Assembly: GCA_963818675.1 (NCBI GenBank)
Contig: CAWFTE010000002.1
Span: 1,518,361-1,582,360 of the forward strand
Direction: 5' to 3'
Origin: an uncultured Solirubrobacterales bacterium
GTDB lineage: Bacteria; Actinomycetota; Thermoleophilia; Solirubrobacterales; Solirubrobacteraceae
Length of the DNA: 64,000 nt
Shown here: one piece after another, positions 43,329 to 52,364 of the stretch
Layout: each line of letters begins with the position of its first letter
Position numbering within the stretch: the first letter of the stretch is position 1
Program-made: the position numbers and the translations under genes
The notes under the pieces: generated by a model
Databases searched by the model: none
Seen by the model: the letters and a program-made list of their open reading frames with translations, nothing else
Told to the model about the DNA's origin: nothing

Positions 43329-44444
43329 GTGGTGGCCCGATTCCTCAGCCTTCGCCTGGTCTATCTCGCTGCGCTCCTCGGCCTGCTCGTGCCGGCCTCG
43401 GCGGCCGCCGCGAGTGGGGACCCGGCGGCCAACAGATCGCTCAGCCCGGCCACCTGGCGCGCGTGCTCCGAGAACCCGACGAGCGGCGCTTGCATCAGCT
43501 CGGCACTGGCCGACATCAACGCGGCGCGCGCAGCCGAGGGCGTGCGAGCCATGGTCCTGCCCGGCGGTTTCGCGTCCATGAGCGTGCCCGTGCAGTTGCT
43601 CAACCTGGCGAATCTCGAGCGCGTCGATCGCGGGCTGGCGCCGATCCTCGGCCTGTCGGCAGCGCTCGACCAGGATGCGCAATCGGGGGCGGCGCAGGAC
43701 GCTGATCCGATGCCAACCCACTTCTACGGCAACGAAGCGACGTCGAACTGGGCCGGTGGCGATAACTCGGCGCTCGAAGCCGACTTCGAGTGGATGTACG
43801 ACGATGGACCCGGCTCGGGCAACCTCGATTGCACGAGCTCGGACTCATCGGGCTGTTGGGGCCACCGGCACGACATCCTCTGGCACTTCTCCTCGCCGAT
43901 CGCCATGGGCGCCGGCGACGCCACCGGGCAGTACGGTCCGTCGATGACCGAGCTGTTTGTCGGCGGCGACACCAGGACCGCGCCGGGTCAGCCCGACGCC
44001 CCGGTGGCGCGGCCGAGTCCGTCCGGCGCCACAACCGGCACCAGCACCGGCGCGGGCAGCAACCCCTCCGCATCCGCGGCCGGCACCGGCGCCGGCCAGA
44101 CAACTCCCACCGCCCGGCCGCGCGCCGCGGTGGTGAAGCTCGTGGCGGCCCACCACGCGGTCAGGCTGGTCGTGCGTTGCGCGGCCGCCCTCGGCCGCGT
44201 CTGCAAGCTGGCCGTGACGATCACGGCGAGGCTGGGAGGCGCATCCGGGCACGGGTCAGAGCGGCAACTCGCGAGCACGGTCGCCCTCACCGTCCAGAGC
44301 CGCGCGAGCACCGCGATCAACCTCGCCCTTGACCGCGCGATGGAGCGCCTGCTCGCCAGGCAACGCAAGCTGCTCGTCCACGTGCTGGTTAAGCAGTACG
44401 GCAGCTCGGCCCTCGCGAACCGCACGCTGAGACTCACCTTCTGA
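43329..44444 (+). CDS. Secreted CAP/SCP-like domain protein with a Pro/Thr/Gly linker and a C-terminal Cys-bracketed beta module
   Basis: Signal peptide LVYLAALLGLLVPASAAAA. ...INAARAAEGV...LDQDAQSGAAQDADP...SNWAGG...FEWMYDDG...CWGHRHDIL resembles the CAP domain pattern (unverified). Confidence 0.6.
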   Translation: MVARFLSLRLVYLAALLGLLVPASAAAASGDPAANRSLSPATWRACSENPTSGACISSALADINAARAAEGVRAMVLPGGFASMSVPVQLLNLANLERVDRGLAPILGLSAALDQDAQSGAAQDADPMPTHFYGNEATSNWAGGDNSALEADFEWMYDDGPGSGNLDCTSSDSSGCWGHRHDILWHFSSPIAMGAGDATGQYGPSMTELFVGGDTRTAPGQPDAPVARPSPSGATTGTSTGAGSNPSASAAGTGAGQTTPTARPRAAVVKLVAAHHAVRLVVRCAAALGRVCKLAVTITARLGGASGHGSERQLASTVALTVQSRASTAINLALDRAMERLLARQRKLLVHVLVKQYGSSALANRTLRLTF

Positions 44445-44498
44445 GCCGCTGCCTCCCCGTACCGTTAGATTGCGGCCGGGTACGCGAGAGGAGAAGCG

Positions 44499-45170
44499 AT
44501 GGCGAGCAGTCGATTGGCGCAGACACGCGTTGGCGTGCTGGGAACCGGCGAGGTGGGGCGCCGATTGGCGGACGGATTTCGCAGTCGCGGCCACGCAGTG
44601 ATGATTGGCTCTCGCGACCCCGATAAGGCGGAGTTGCGCGAGTGGCTGTCCGACGCCGGCGCAGGCGTCGAAGCTGGGTCGTTCGCGCAGACCGCGGCGC
44701 ACGGGGATCTGCTCGTCCTGGCGGTTCTGGGCAATGTCGCCGAGCAGGCGATCGCAGATGCGGGACCGGAGAACTTCGCCGGCAAGGTGGTGATCGACGC
44801 CATGAACCCGCTCGATTTCTCGGGCGGCTTTCCGCCCAAGCTCTCGATATCGGGCGAGGACTCCCTGGGCGAGCGCATCCAGCGCGCATTGCCCGACGCG
44901 AGCGTGGTCAAGGCGTTCAACACGATCGGCAACCCGTACTTCGTCGATCCGAGCTTCGGCGAGGGGCAGCCGACGATGCTGATCGCCGGCAACGACGAGG
45001 GCGCAAAGCGGACGGTCCGCGCCCTGCTCGCCGACTTCGGATGGTCCGACACGGTCGACATCGGCGGCATCGAGGGCTCGCGCGAGCTCGAGGCGATCTG
45101 CATCGCCTGGGTCAAGATCGGCGGCGCGCGGGGCGCCTGGGACCACGGCTTCAAGCTGCTCGTGGGTTAG
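44499..45170 (+). CDS. NADP oxidoreductase, coenzyme F420-dependent family (NpdG-like)
   Basis: N-terminal Rossmann motif VGVLGTGEVGRRLADGFRSRGHAVMIGSRDPDKA, about 220 aa. Confidence 0.7.
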   Translation: MASSRLAQTRVGVLGTGEVGRRLADGFRSRGHAVMIGSRDPDKAELREWLSDAGAGVEAGSFAQTAAHGDLLVLAVLGNVAEQAIADAGPENFAGKVVIDAMNPLDFSGGFPPKLSISGEDSLGERIQRALPDASVVKAFNTIGNPYFVDPSFGEGQPTMLIAGNDEGAKRTVRALLADFGWSDTVDIGGIEGSRELEAICIAWVKIGGARGAWDHGFKLLVG

Positions 45171-47148
45171 ACGGCCGTAGCGTCAACCGCAGTACCGCGC
45201 CCGCCCCAGTCTCTGCGACCCAGATCGTGTTGCCGGGGCCCGCGGCGATCCCGTCGGGCGCCGCGCCCGGAACGGCCAGCGCGAGCTCTCGGATCCGTCC
45301 GGTCGCCGAGACCCTCCCGATCACGCCGGCCTGATCGGTGAACCACATCGCACGGTCGGGGCCCAGGGCGACGTCGTTCAGACCGCCGTACCGCGCGGGA
45401 TCGGCGAACCGGCGCAGCGTGCGACCGGACACCAGCTCGTCAAGCGCTCCAGCACCGTAGTCCGCAAGCCACAGGGTGTCCGCCGGTCCGATCGCCAGCG
45501 CGTCGATGTCGCTCGCCGCATCCCACCGCGCGACCCTCTCGATCGAACCGGAGGGCCCGAGGTGTGCGAGCGCTCGCGCATGCTCGAAGTACCCGGTGAA
45601 GGTGCTCACCCATGCCGTGCCGTCGCTGCCCGCGGCGAGCGCGAGCGGCGTGCCCGTTCCGGGCGCGAGCAACACCCGGCCGACCCGGCCGTGAGGCGAT
45701 ATTCGATCGACCGCGCCTGCGGGATCGGCGATCCAGATATTGCGCCCCGAGCGGGCGATCCCAAAGCCCCCGGCGCTGCGCGGGGCGAGGACGAAGTCCG
45801 TGATCCGGCCTGCGCGCGACACCCTCCCCACCCGGTTGGTGTTGTACTCGGTGAACCACACCGAGCCATCGGACGCGGCGACGAGCTGGTAGGGCTGGGC
45901 GTCCGGCGTGGGCACGCGGTACTCACGGATCCGCCCGGCGCCGTCGATCCGGCCGATCGCGTCGGCTCCGAACTCGGTGAACCACACCGTGCCATCGCTC
46001 GCGACCGCTATGTCGACGGGCTCAGCATGCGCGCCCGGTAGGCGGAACGTCCTGACCGCGCCGACGCTCAGGCGCGGCGCGCTGACCGGCGCGACGACCG
46101 TAGCCGGATGCGGCGTCCAGCGCGCGTTCCCACTGCGCAGAGGGTGGGCGAAGAGGAAGCTGAGGAGGGCGTCGGTGCCCGGTCCTCCTCGCAGCTGGGC
46201 CGGCCAGGTGTGCCCGCCGCGGGCGCGTACATAGCCGGCGATGACCGCGCCGCCATCGCAGCCCCACCACTCGCGTGCGCCGACGTCGCCCACCACGCCG
46301 AGGGCCGAGCTGCGCCGGCAGCCCACTCGCAGCGACCACTGATCGAGCCACGTGGGAACGGCGGGGGCGTAGTACTCGGGCGATGCCCGCGCCGGGACGC
46401 CGGAATACGGCGCCACCCCGTCGTCGGCGGCGTGAACATCGAGGATCGAGGCAGGCCGTGCCGGATGGCAGCCGGTGGGAATCATGAAGAACTCGCCCTC
46501 CACTGCCACGAACGCGGCGATCCGGCCCGACAGGACGCACGCCAGGTATCCGATCAGGCCGGCACCGTTGGAGAAGCCGATTGCCCCGATGCGCGCCGGG
46601 TCGACGCAGAACTCGGACTGGACGGCGTCGAGCAGGTGGCGGACGTAGGCGCCGTCGTCGATCCCGTGCGCGTCTGGGTCGCTCGGCCCGCTCGCGTACC
46701 AGTAGTAGTGATTGCTGCGCGCCGGTTGCGGGAGCCCTTGGGGATAGACGACGATGAAGCCGTCGCGATCCGCCCGCGAGGAGAGGCCGGTCAGTGACTG
46801 CATCGCGAGGCTCGTCCCGCCAGCACCGTGAAACGCCAGGACCAGCGCCACGGGACGGTCCGGGCGATAGCCGAGCGGTGAGTGCACCCAGTAGCTGCGG
46901 ACATGCATTCCCTCGGCCTGGGCCGGCGGGACGGCGACCAGCTGCCTCGCCGTTCGGCCCGCGCCGACCGGTGGCGGCCGCCGACAGCCAGAAGAGGCGG
47001 CCGGGGCGCCGGCGGACCCCCCGGCGGCCACGGCAGTCGCGGTCGATCCTCGGCTTTGGCCGCGCGGCCGGTGTCTGGAACCGCCGCACCCGGCGGCCAG
47101 CGGCACGAGCAAGAGCAGCGTTAGCGCGATCACGCGGAACCGAGTCAT
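45151..47148 (-). CDS. Lipoprotein: PHB-depolymerase/LpqC-type esterase domain fused to Vgb-like beta-propeller repeats
   Basis: Lipobox LVPLAAGCGG. LVLAFHGAGGT...IVVYPQG...GAIGFSNGAGL. C-terminal repeats DGTVWFTEFGADAIGRIDGAGRIREYRVP. Confidence 0.8.
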   Translation of the reverse strand: MTRFRVIALTLLLLVPLAAGCGGSRHRPRGQSRGSTATAVAAGGSAGAPAASSGCRRPPPVGAGRTARQLVAVPPAQAEGMHVRSYWVHSPLGYRPDRPVALVLAFHGAGGTSLAMQSLTGLSSRADRDGFIVVYPQGLPQPARSNHYYWYASGPSDPDAHGIDDGAYVRHLLDAVQSEFCVDPARIGAIGFSNGAGLIGYLACVLSGRIAAFVAVEGEFFMIPTGCHPARPASILDVHAADDGVAPYSGVPARASPEYYAPAVPTWLDQWSLRVGCRRSSALGVVGDVGAREWWGCDGGAVIAGYVRARGGHTWPAQLRGGPGTDALLSFLFAHPLRSGNARWTPHPATVVAPVSAPRLSVGAVRTFRLPGAHAEPVDIAVASDGTVWFTEFGADAIGRIDGAGRIREYRVPTPDAQPYQLVAASDGSVWFTEYNTNRVGRVSRAGRITDFVLAPRSAGGFGIARSGRNIWIADPAGAVDRISPHGRVGRVLLAPGTGTPLALAAGSDGTAWVSTFTGYFEHARALAHLGPSGSIERVARWDAASDIDALAIGPADTLWLADYGAGALDELVSGRTLRRFADPARYGGLNDVALGPDRAMWFTDQAGVIGRVSATGRIRELALAVPGAAPDGIAAGPGNTIWVAETGAGAVLRLTLRPSNPRAA

Positions 47149-47177
47149 CTGCGCACCACGCCGATGGCGGCCCGCGC

Positions 47178-48140
47178 TCAGCGCCGAAGCGAAGGGCGCT
47201 TGAGCGCGATCACGGGCTCGAGCTGACGGTGGGCGATCAGCGCCGGAGTCGCGGCAAGCAGGAAGTTGAACGCTCGGTAGGCCACGACCGCGGCCAGAGA
47301 CGGCGCCAGCGGGAAGCGGACCCAGTACAGCGAATAGGTCATCAGGACCTCCGTGATCCCGGCGCCGCCCAGCGGGAGCGAGCGGCGCGTTGCGGCATAC
47401 CCGGTGGCGTAGGCGAGGATGACCTTGCCTGGTCCGGGATCGAGGCCGAAGGTGCGCAGGCCGCCGTAGAAGGCCGCGATATCAGCGGCCCAGTACAGGG
47501 CCGTCCCGACCCAGGCACCCATGTATCTACGCGGGTTGCGGATCAGCGTGTGCAGCGCGCCGACGCCCTCGAGCGCACGGATCAGCCACAGGCAACGGCC
47601 GCGGCACAGCTGCGCCACGCGCTCGATCCGCCTTGGAGTACTGGCCCACAGCCCGAACCCGAAGCCGAGCGGCACGGAGATCGCCCAGGGCCAAAGCAGC
47701 GAGGGCAGGATGTCCGCTCCCTGGATGAGAAAGACGATGGCGACGACGCAGGTGGTCGGCGCCAGCACCGCCCATTCGAGCGTGCCGAGAGCCAGCACTC
47801 GCACGCGCGCGCTGTGCTCATCCTCTTGCAAGGCCTGGAGCGCCTGCCGGTCGATGCCGAACCCGCCGCCGATCGTGAACGGCCCGAACCCCGCGATCAC
47901 CACCCGTGCGACCAGCGGCAGTGCGAGTGGCGCGTGCCCGTGTACCTGCGCCAGCGATCGGTAGGCGACCATGTACGCCGGATACGCGAGGAGCTCGGCC
48001 CCGGCGATGAGCACGATCCACACGGCGTCGAGATCGTCGAACGCCCGGCCGACCTCGTCGACGCCGGTCGCGCGGGCGATCGCGAGAACCGCCACTGCTG
48101 CGATCCCGGTCGCGACGGCCGCGACGACGACCGGGCGCAT
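47178..48140 (-). CDS. Flippase-like (LPG-synthase TM / UPF0104-type) integral membrane protein
   Basis: The internal ATG 48140 gives MRPVVVAAVATGIAAVAVLAI.... Multi-TM. The Arg-rich extension to 48665 is rejected. Confidence 0.6.
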   Translation of the reverse strand: MRPVVVAAVATGIAAVAVLAIARATGVDEVGRAFDDLDAVWIVLIAGAELLAYPAYMVAYRSLAQVHGHAPLALPLVARVVIAGFGPFTIGGGFGIDRQALQALQEDEHSARVRVLALGTLEWAVLAPTTCVVAIVFLIQGADILPSLLWPWAISVPLGFGFGLWASTPRRIERVAQLCRGRCLWLIRALEGVGALHTLIRNPRRYMGAWVGTALYWAADIAAFYGGLRTFGLDPGPGKVILAYATGYAATRRSLPLGGAGITEVLMTYSLYWVRFPLAPSLAAVVAYRAFNFLLAATPALIAHRQLEPVIALKRPSLRR

Positions 48141-48205
48141 GCGAAGCTGTTCCCGCACCGGCCCGAAGATACCCAGCCCGATGGTCGCGCCGGCCGATTG
48201 GGTGG

Positions 48206-49030
48206 CTATGCGCGCATTTGAGGCTGCGCATCCCGCACCACCACGACCGTCTCCTCGACGGCGTAGGCGTGTAGCGCCACGCAATGCGCCGCCTGGGCTG
48301 CCCCGGTCGCGCTCACCTCGGGCGAGCCGAGCACGGCATCGAGCGCGGCGCGGTCGGCGGCGCCCACCACGACGGCAGCGTTGTAACGCCGATGCACCGG
48401 ATTGTCGTGCGCGACAGATGGCGTCCGCCACAGCAACCACGAGTAGGGCAGAAATGCGTGCGTGCGGACCTCCGCGGCTCCGTCTGCTTGGGCGAGGGCC
48501 GGCCCCAGCGTTCCGTGGACGAACGCTCTGAAGGTGCCGAGCCGAATGCCGGGCCGGCGCCGGATGAGCACGACGGCTCGTGTCAGCTCCGGCGGGGTAA
48601 CCCCGTGACCCGGCGGGGCAACTCCGCCACCGTCCGCGGGGCCGCCAGAGCCGACACCGAACCACCGCCCGCCGCCGGGCCCCGCCATCAGTCCCAGCAC
48701 CCGATCGAAGGCGTTCGCCTCGTCGGGGAAGACGTGCCGCACCGCGTTGAACGCCGCGCCCGGCGAGGGAACCGACCGTGAGAACGTCACCTCGGGCATC
48801 CCGTCGACGCGCCAGTCGGCCGGTACCCTTGTCCCGACGCCCGCGCCTCCGGGCCAGAAGCCGTGGTCGCGTGCTGAGAAGTGCAGCTGCCGGTATTCCT
48901 CGATGCCGCCCACGCCGCCCACAAGCTCGGCGTGCGGACCGCGCCAGTAGGCCCTCGCCTCGTCGCGATCGAGGTCGGCCCGCAACCAGAGCAGCCAGCA
49001 GCCCGTGTTCCGCGACCGAGCGGTGATCAC
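48206..49030 (-). CDS. Hypothetical protein, possibly tandem EthD-like domains
   Basis: Two segments resemble EthD-type openings (WLLWLRADLDRDEARAYWRGPHAELV; VVLIRRRPGIRLGTFRAFVHGTLGPAL). Unverified. It overlaps the glycosyltransferase stop by 4 nt. Confidence 0.45.
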   Translation of the reverse strand: MITARSRNTGCWLLWLRADLDRDEARAYWRGPHAELVGGVGGIEEYRQLHFSARDHGFWPGGAGVGTRVPADWRVDGMPEVTFSRSVPSPGAAFNAVRHVFPDEANAFDRVLGLMAGPGGGRWFGVGSGGPADGGGVAPPGHGVTPPELTRAVVLIRRRPGIRLGTFRAFVHGTLGPALAQADGAAEVRTHAFLPYSWLLWRTPSVAHDNPVHRRYNAAVVVGAADRAALDAVLGSPEVSATGAAQAAHCVALHAYAVEETVVVVRDAQPQMRA

Positions 49031-50016
49031 CGCGCCGCAGCCTCGACGGCGGCGCGCACGCGCCGCCAGTACGCCGTGGCCGAATAGCGTGTGAGCGCGA
49101 CCTCGCGCGCGCGCTCGCGCATGCGCGTGTAACGGTCCGAGTCCCTCGCCGCGAGCACGTCGGCGATCGCGCGTCTTAGCGCTTCCACGTCATCCGGCGG
49201 AATGATGATTCCCGTCTCACCATCTTCGACGTAGTCCCGGACGCCGATCACGTCGGTCACGATCACCGGTTTACCGAGGGCCATGGCGTTCAGGTACGTC
49301 TGCTGCCCGGCGCTGCGGACGGTGCCGCTGCGCAGAGGAACCACGACCACGGCCGCCCCCCGCAGCAACTCGAGGTAGCGCGTGTGCTCGACGAACGCGA
49401 CCTCTACGTTCGCCGGTATCGAGGACAGCTTCGCCTTGGCCGCGATAACCGTCTTCCAGGGTTGGCCGCGAGAGGCCTCGACGAGTAGTTGGGGGTCACG
49501 AAGCGACGTCCCGCCCGAGAACACGTAACCGAGATCGGTGACGGGTGCCAACTGATCCTCGAGCAAGGTGTGGAAATAGTGCGTCGCCCTCACCGTCGCG
49601 CGCCGTAATTTCCAGGTGCGGGGAAACACCTCGACCTCCGCCTCCGACAACACGCAGAAGTTCATCCTGTCACTGTCGAAGCCGCGAATCACAAGCTGTG
49701 ACGGTTCTCGCAACACCGAGCCATTCCGGCCGAGCAGCGCTGCCACGGCACGGCTGCCCGGCTCCCACGTGGCTTCGGTGAGCACGACGGCCGGCCCCCC
49801 TCGTCCGCGGACCAGGCCCCACGCGATGATGACGTCGCGGTAGCGCTGGCGGAAGCCAACAGAGCCATCGAGCACGACCACGTCGTACGGTCGGGCGTCA
49901 CGGCGAATCGCCCGTAAGGACAAGCCGCCGTTGTAGCGCTCGGTGTCGAGGATGTCCGCGTCGCGCCAATCCGGGTGCGCCGACACGGGGAACGTCGTCA
50001 GCACCCTGGCCGCCAT
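49027..50016 (-). CDS. Glycosyltransferase (GT-B, GT4/GT1-like)
   Basis: C-terminal motif LGKPVIVTDVIGVRDYVEDGETGIIIPPDDVEALRRAI. Confidence 0.75.
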   Translation of the reverse strand: MAARVLTTFPVSAHPDWRDADILDTERYNGGLSLRAIRRDARPYDVVVLDGSVGFRQRYRDVIIAWGLVRGRGGPAVVLTEATWEPGSRAVAALLGRNGSVLREPSQLVIRGFDSDRMNFCVLSEAEVEVFPRTWKLRRATVRATHYFHTLLEDQLAPVTDLGYVFSGGTSLRDPQLLVEASRGQPWKTVIAAKAKLSSIPANVEVAFVEHTRYLELLRGAAVVVVPLRSGTVRSAGQQTYLNAMALGKPVIVTDVIGVRDYVEDGETGIIIPPDDVEALRRAIADVLAARDSDRYTRMRERAREVALTRYSATAYWRRVRAAVEAAAR

Positions 50017-50028
50017 CGGGCGGCCAGT

Positions 50029-51287
50029 CTAGCTGCGGCCCGTGCCGCGAGGCCCGCCCGCGCCGCGAGACCCGCCCGCGCCGCGAGACCCCCCGGCGCC
50101 GCGAGACCCACCCGAGTCTCTCCCCACGGCCCCGACCAGAAAACGCTCGAGCTGGTCGCCGGCGGAGTTGGTCACCACGGCGCTCCCGCCCGGCACCACC
50201 GAGATGGCGTCGGCAAGCGGGCCCGCTGGAATCGAACCGAGCAGGCTCGGCCGCGCCGGGGAGGATATGTCGAGGACGTTCACGGCGGAACGCGCTCCAC
50301 GTGCGCCCGACACGTCCAGGTCAGCCACCAGCGCCACGCGGCCCCCGTTGGCCACCGCCACGCCGAGCGGTTGCGCGCCCACCCGGGTGACCGACACGAG
50401 CGCGGGGGCACGACGGGAGCCGACGGAGTAACCGAGCAGCGCATTCGCGTCGCGCGCGGTCACCCACACCGCGCGGCCTCCCGGGGAGACGGCAACGCGC
50501 ACCGGTGCGCATGGCGCGGAAGCGCGCGCCACCTCTGCGCTCGCTGGACGGTCGACTGCGCGCGCCACGTCGAGGACGTTCAGCGCGCCGCGGCCTTCGC
50601 TCACTTCGTAGAGCCGGCGCCCATCGGAGGAGGTCGCGATCCCGAGCGCGCCCGCGCCCACGGGAATCGACCCGAGGTATGCCGCGGCGCCGGACCGGCG
50701 GCTGATCGCGCTTCGCAGGTCGAACACCGCCACCACCCCTGCCCCTTCGAGCGTCACGAACGCATATCTCGAGCTGCTGGAGAAGGCGACCTCCGCCGCG
50801 CCGGGCCCGGTCCCGGCCACTCGGGCCGGCGCGGCCAGGTCACCGAGCACCGCGCGGCCCGTGCCGGACCTGGCCGCTGCCACGCTCAGCACCACGGCGC
50901 CGCGCCCCGCCGCCCCGAGGACGTAGCGCCCGTCGGGGCTTACCTTCATTCCGCTGGGGACCTCCGGCACGGCGATCGTGCGGAGCAGGCGCTGGCCGGC
51001 CGGGCCGTTTGCGATCACCGCGATTCGGGGAGCTCCGGTCTGGAGGGCGACGAACGACGTGCGGCCGTCCGGCGTGGTCGCGACGCCGTCGGGGCTTCCA
51101 GGTAGCCGGAGCATGCCGGCGCGAAGCGAGGCCAGGCTGCGTCCGCTGGCCGCCGGCTCGCCGCAGCGGACGGCGATCGTGTGCGCGGGCACGCCCACCG
51201 CGGCGGCGCCCGCGCGGGATCGACCCCCGCCGGCGCATCGCGAGGGACCGCGACGGCGGCCGCGAGGACGACCGCGACGAGGCGCAT
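50029..51287 (-). CDS. Secreted beta-propeller (YVTN/lactonase-like) protein with a C-terminal GGSRGA repeat; reading-frame discontinuity near the 5' end
   Basis: Propeller repeats (...DGRYVLGAAGRGAVVLSV..., ...RYAFVTLEGAGVVAVFDL...). The signal-peptide-like MRLVAVVLAAAVAV starts at 51287 in a different frame from the propeller body. Confidence 0.6.
50044..50115 (-). repeat. 18-bp tandem repeat x4 (gccgcgagacccgcccgc) encoding (A)GGSRG repeats
   Basis: Read directly. Four consecutive units with 1-3 substitutions, lying inside the 3' end of the propeller gene. Confidence 0.9.
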
Positions 51288-51477
51288 GACGCACAGTCGG
51301 TTCGGCGTGCGCATGACGGGATGGTTCCACGTGGGGCGCTCCACGCGGCCGTATGATGGTCGCGATCGAACGTCGGGGCGGCCCGCGAGGAAGGTTCTTC
51401 TCCACCGCCGCGTCTGTAATGAATGAGAGGTCCGCGTGTCGACCGATTTACACAACACCCACGACGGAGGCTCGGAC

Positions 51478-51750
51478 ATGAGCACGAGGTCCAATCTGCT
51501 TCGACGGCTGCCGTGCGTTGCCCTCGTCGCGCTCGCGCTGGCGGCGGCTGGGTGTGGCGGCGGGTCCTCGTCGTCCACGACGCCCTCGTCCACTCCAGCC
51601 TCGTCCGCCTCTTCGTCGGCCTCTTCGTCGACCACGGCCACCAAGACGACATCGACCCAGAGCTCGTCCGGGATCCCGCAGGGACCAAACGCCGGCGACG
51701 CCGACAGCGATAACCACGGCGGCCCCAGCGATGGGGACGGCAACCTCTAA
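51478..51750 (+). CDS. Ser/Thr-rich lipoprotein (90 aa)
   Basis: GGAGG RBS 7 nt upstream of ATG 51478. Lipobox LALAAAGCGG, followed by a low-complexity S/T tract. Confidence 0.6.
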   Translation: MSTRSNLLRRLPCVALVALALAAAGCGGGSSSSTTPSSTPASSASSSASSSTTATKTTSTQSSSGIPQGPNAGDADSDNHGGPSDGDGNL

Positions 51751-52345
51751 GCGCGCCGCACTCGCCACGGTTGCCGCCGCGCTCGCGCTCGCCGGATGCG
51801 GCGGGCACAGCTCCGCCCCGCGCTCCACCGCGGGCGACACCTCGACGTCGGCAACCGCGCAGCCGGCTGCGTTTGCCTGGCTACGGCCAAGCGCGCCGCC
51901 CTCGGGCTGGGCCACCGCCCGGATCCCCGTCGGGGCGGCGATCTCCTATCCCCCTGCGTGGACGAAGGTCAAGGGGGATCCAGGCACCGCCACCGCTGCG
52001 CTGTTCGGACCAGCCCACGTGTATGTCGGCTATCTGAACCTGACGCCGCGGCAGGGCACCGAGACGCTCGGCAACTGGGGGCGCTTCCGCGTCGGGCACA
52101 ACGCCGAGGAGGGCGATCGGAACGTGCGCACGCTCTCGCTGACCACCAATCGTCCTCTCGGAGGCGCCACCGCTTCCTGCGTCGAGGACGCCTACACGAC
52201 CTCGACCGGCGCGAGCTATCAGGAGATCGCCTGCCTGCTCACCGGCCGGCGGAGCAGTGTGGTGGCCGTGGGCGCAGCTCCGCCGGACGATTGGGCCCGC
52301 GTGGCGCCCGCGCTCGAGCGGGCGATCGCAAGCGTCACCGCCTGA
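51731..52345 (+). CDS. Lipoprotein (204 aa), hypothetical
   Basis: The internal ATG 51731 gives MGTATSKRAALATVAAALALAGCGG (lipobox). It overlaps the previous gene by 20 nt. Confidence 0.65.
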   Translation: MGTATSKRAALATVAAALALAGCGGHSSAPRSTAGDTSTSATAQPAAFAWLRPSAPPSGWATARIPVGAAISYPPAWTKVKGDPGTATAALFGPAHVYVGYLNLTPRQGTETLGNWGRFRVGHNAEEGDRNVRTLSLTTNRPLGGATASCVEDAYTTSTGASYQEIACLLTGRRSSVVAVGAAPPDDWARVAPALERAIASVTA

Positions 52346-52364
52346 TGCAGCCAAACGCGCCCGG

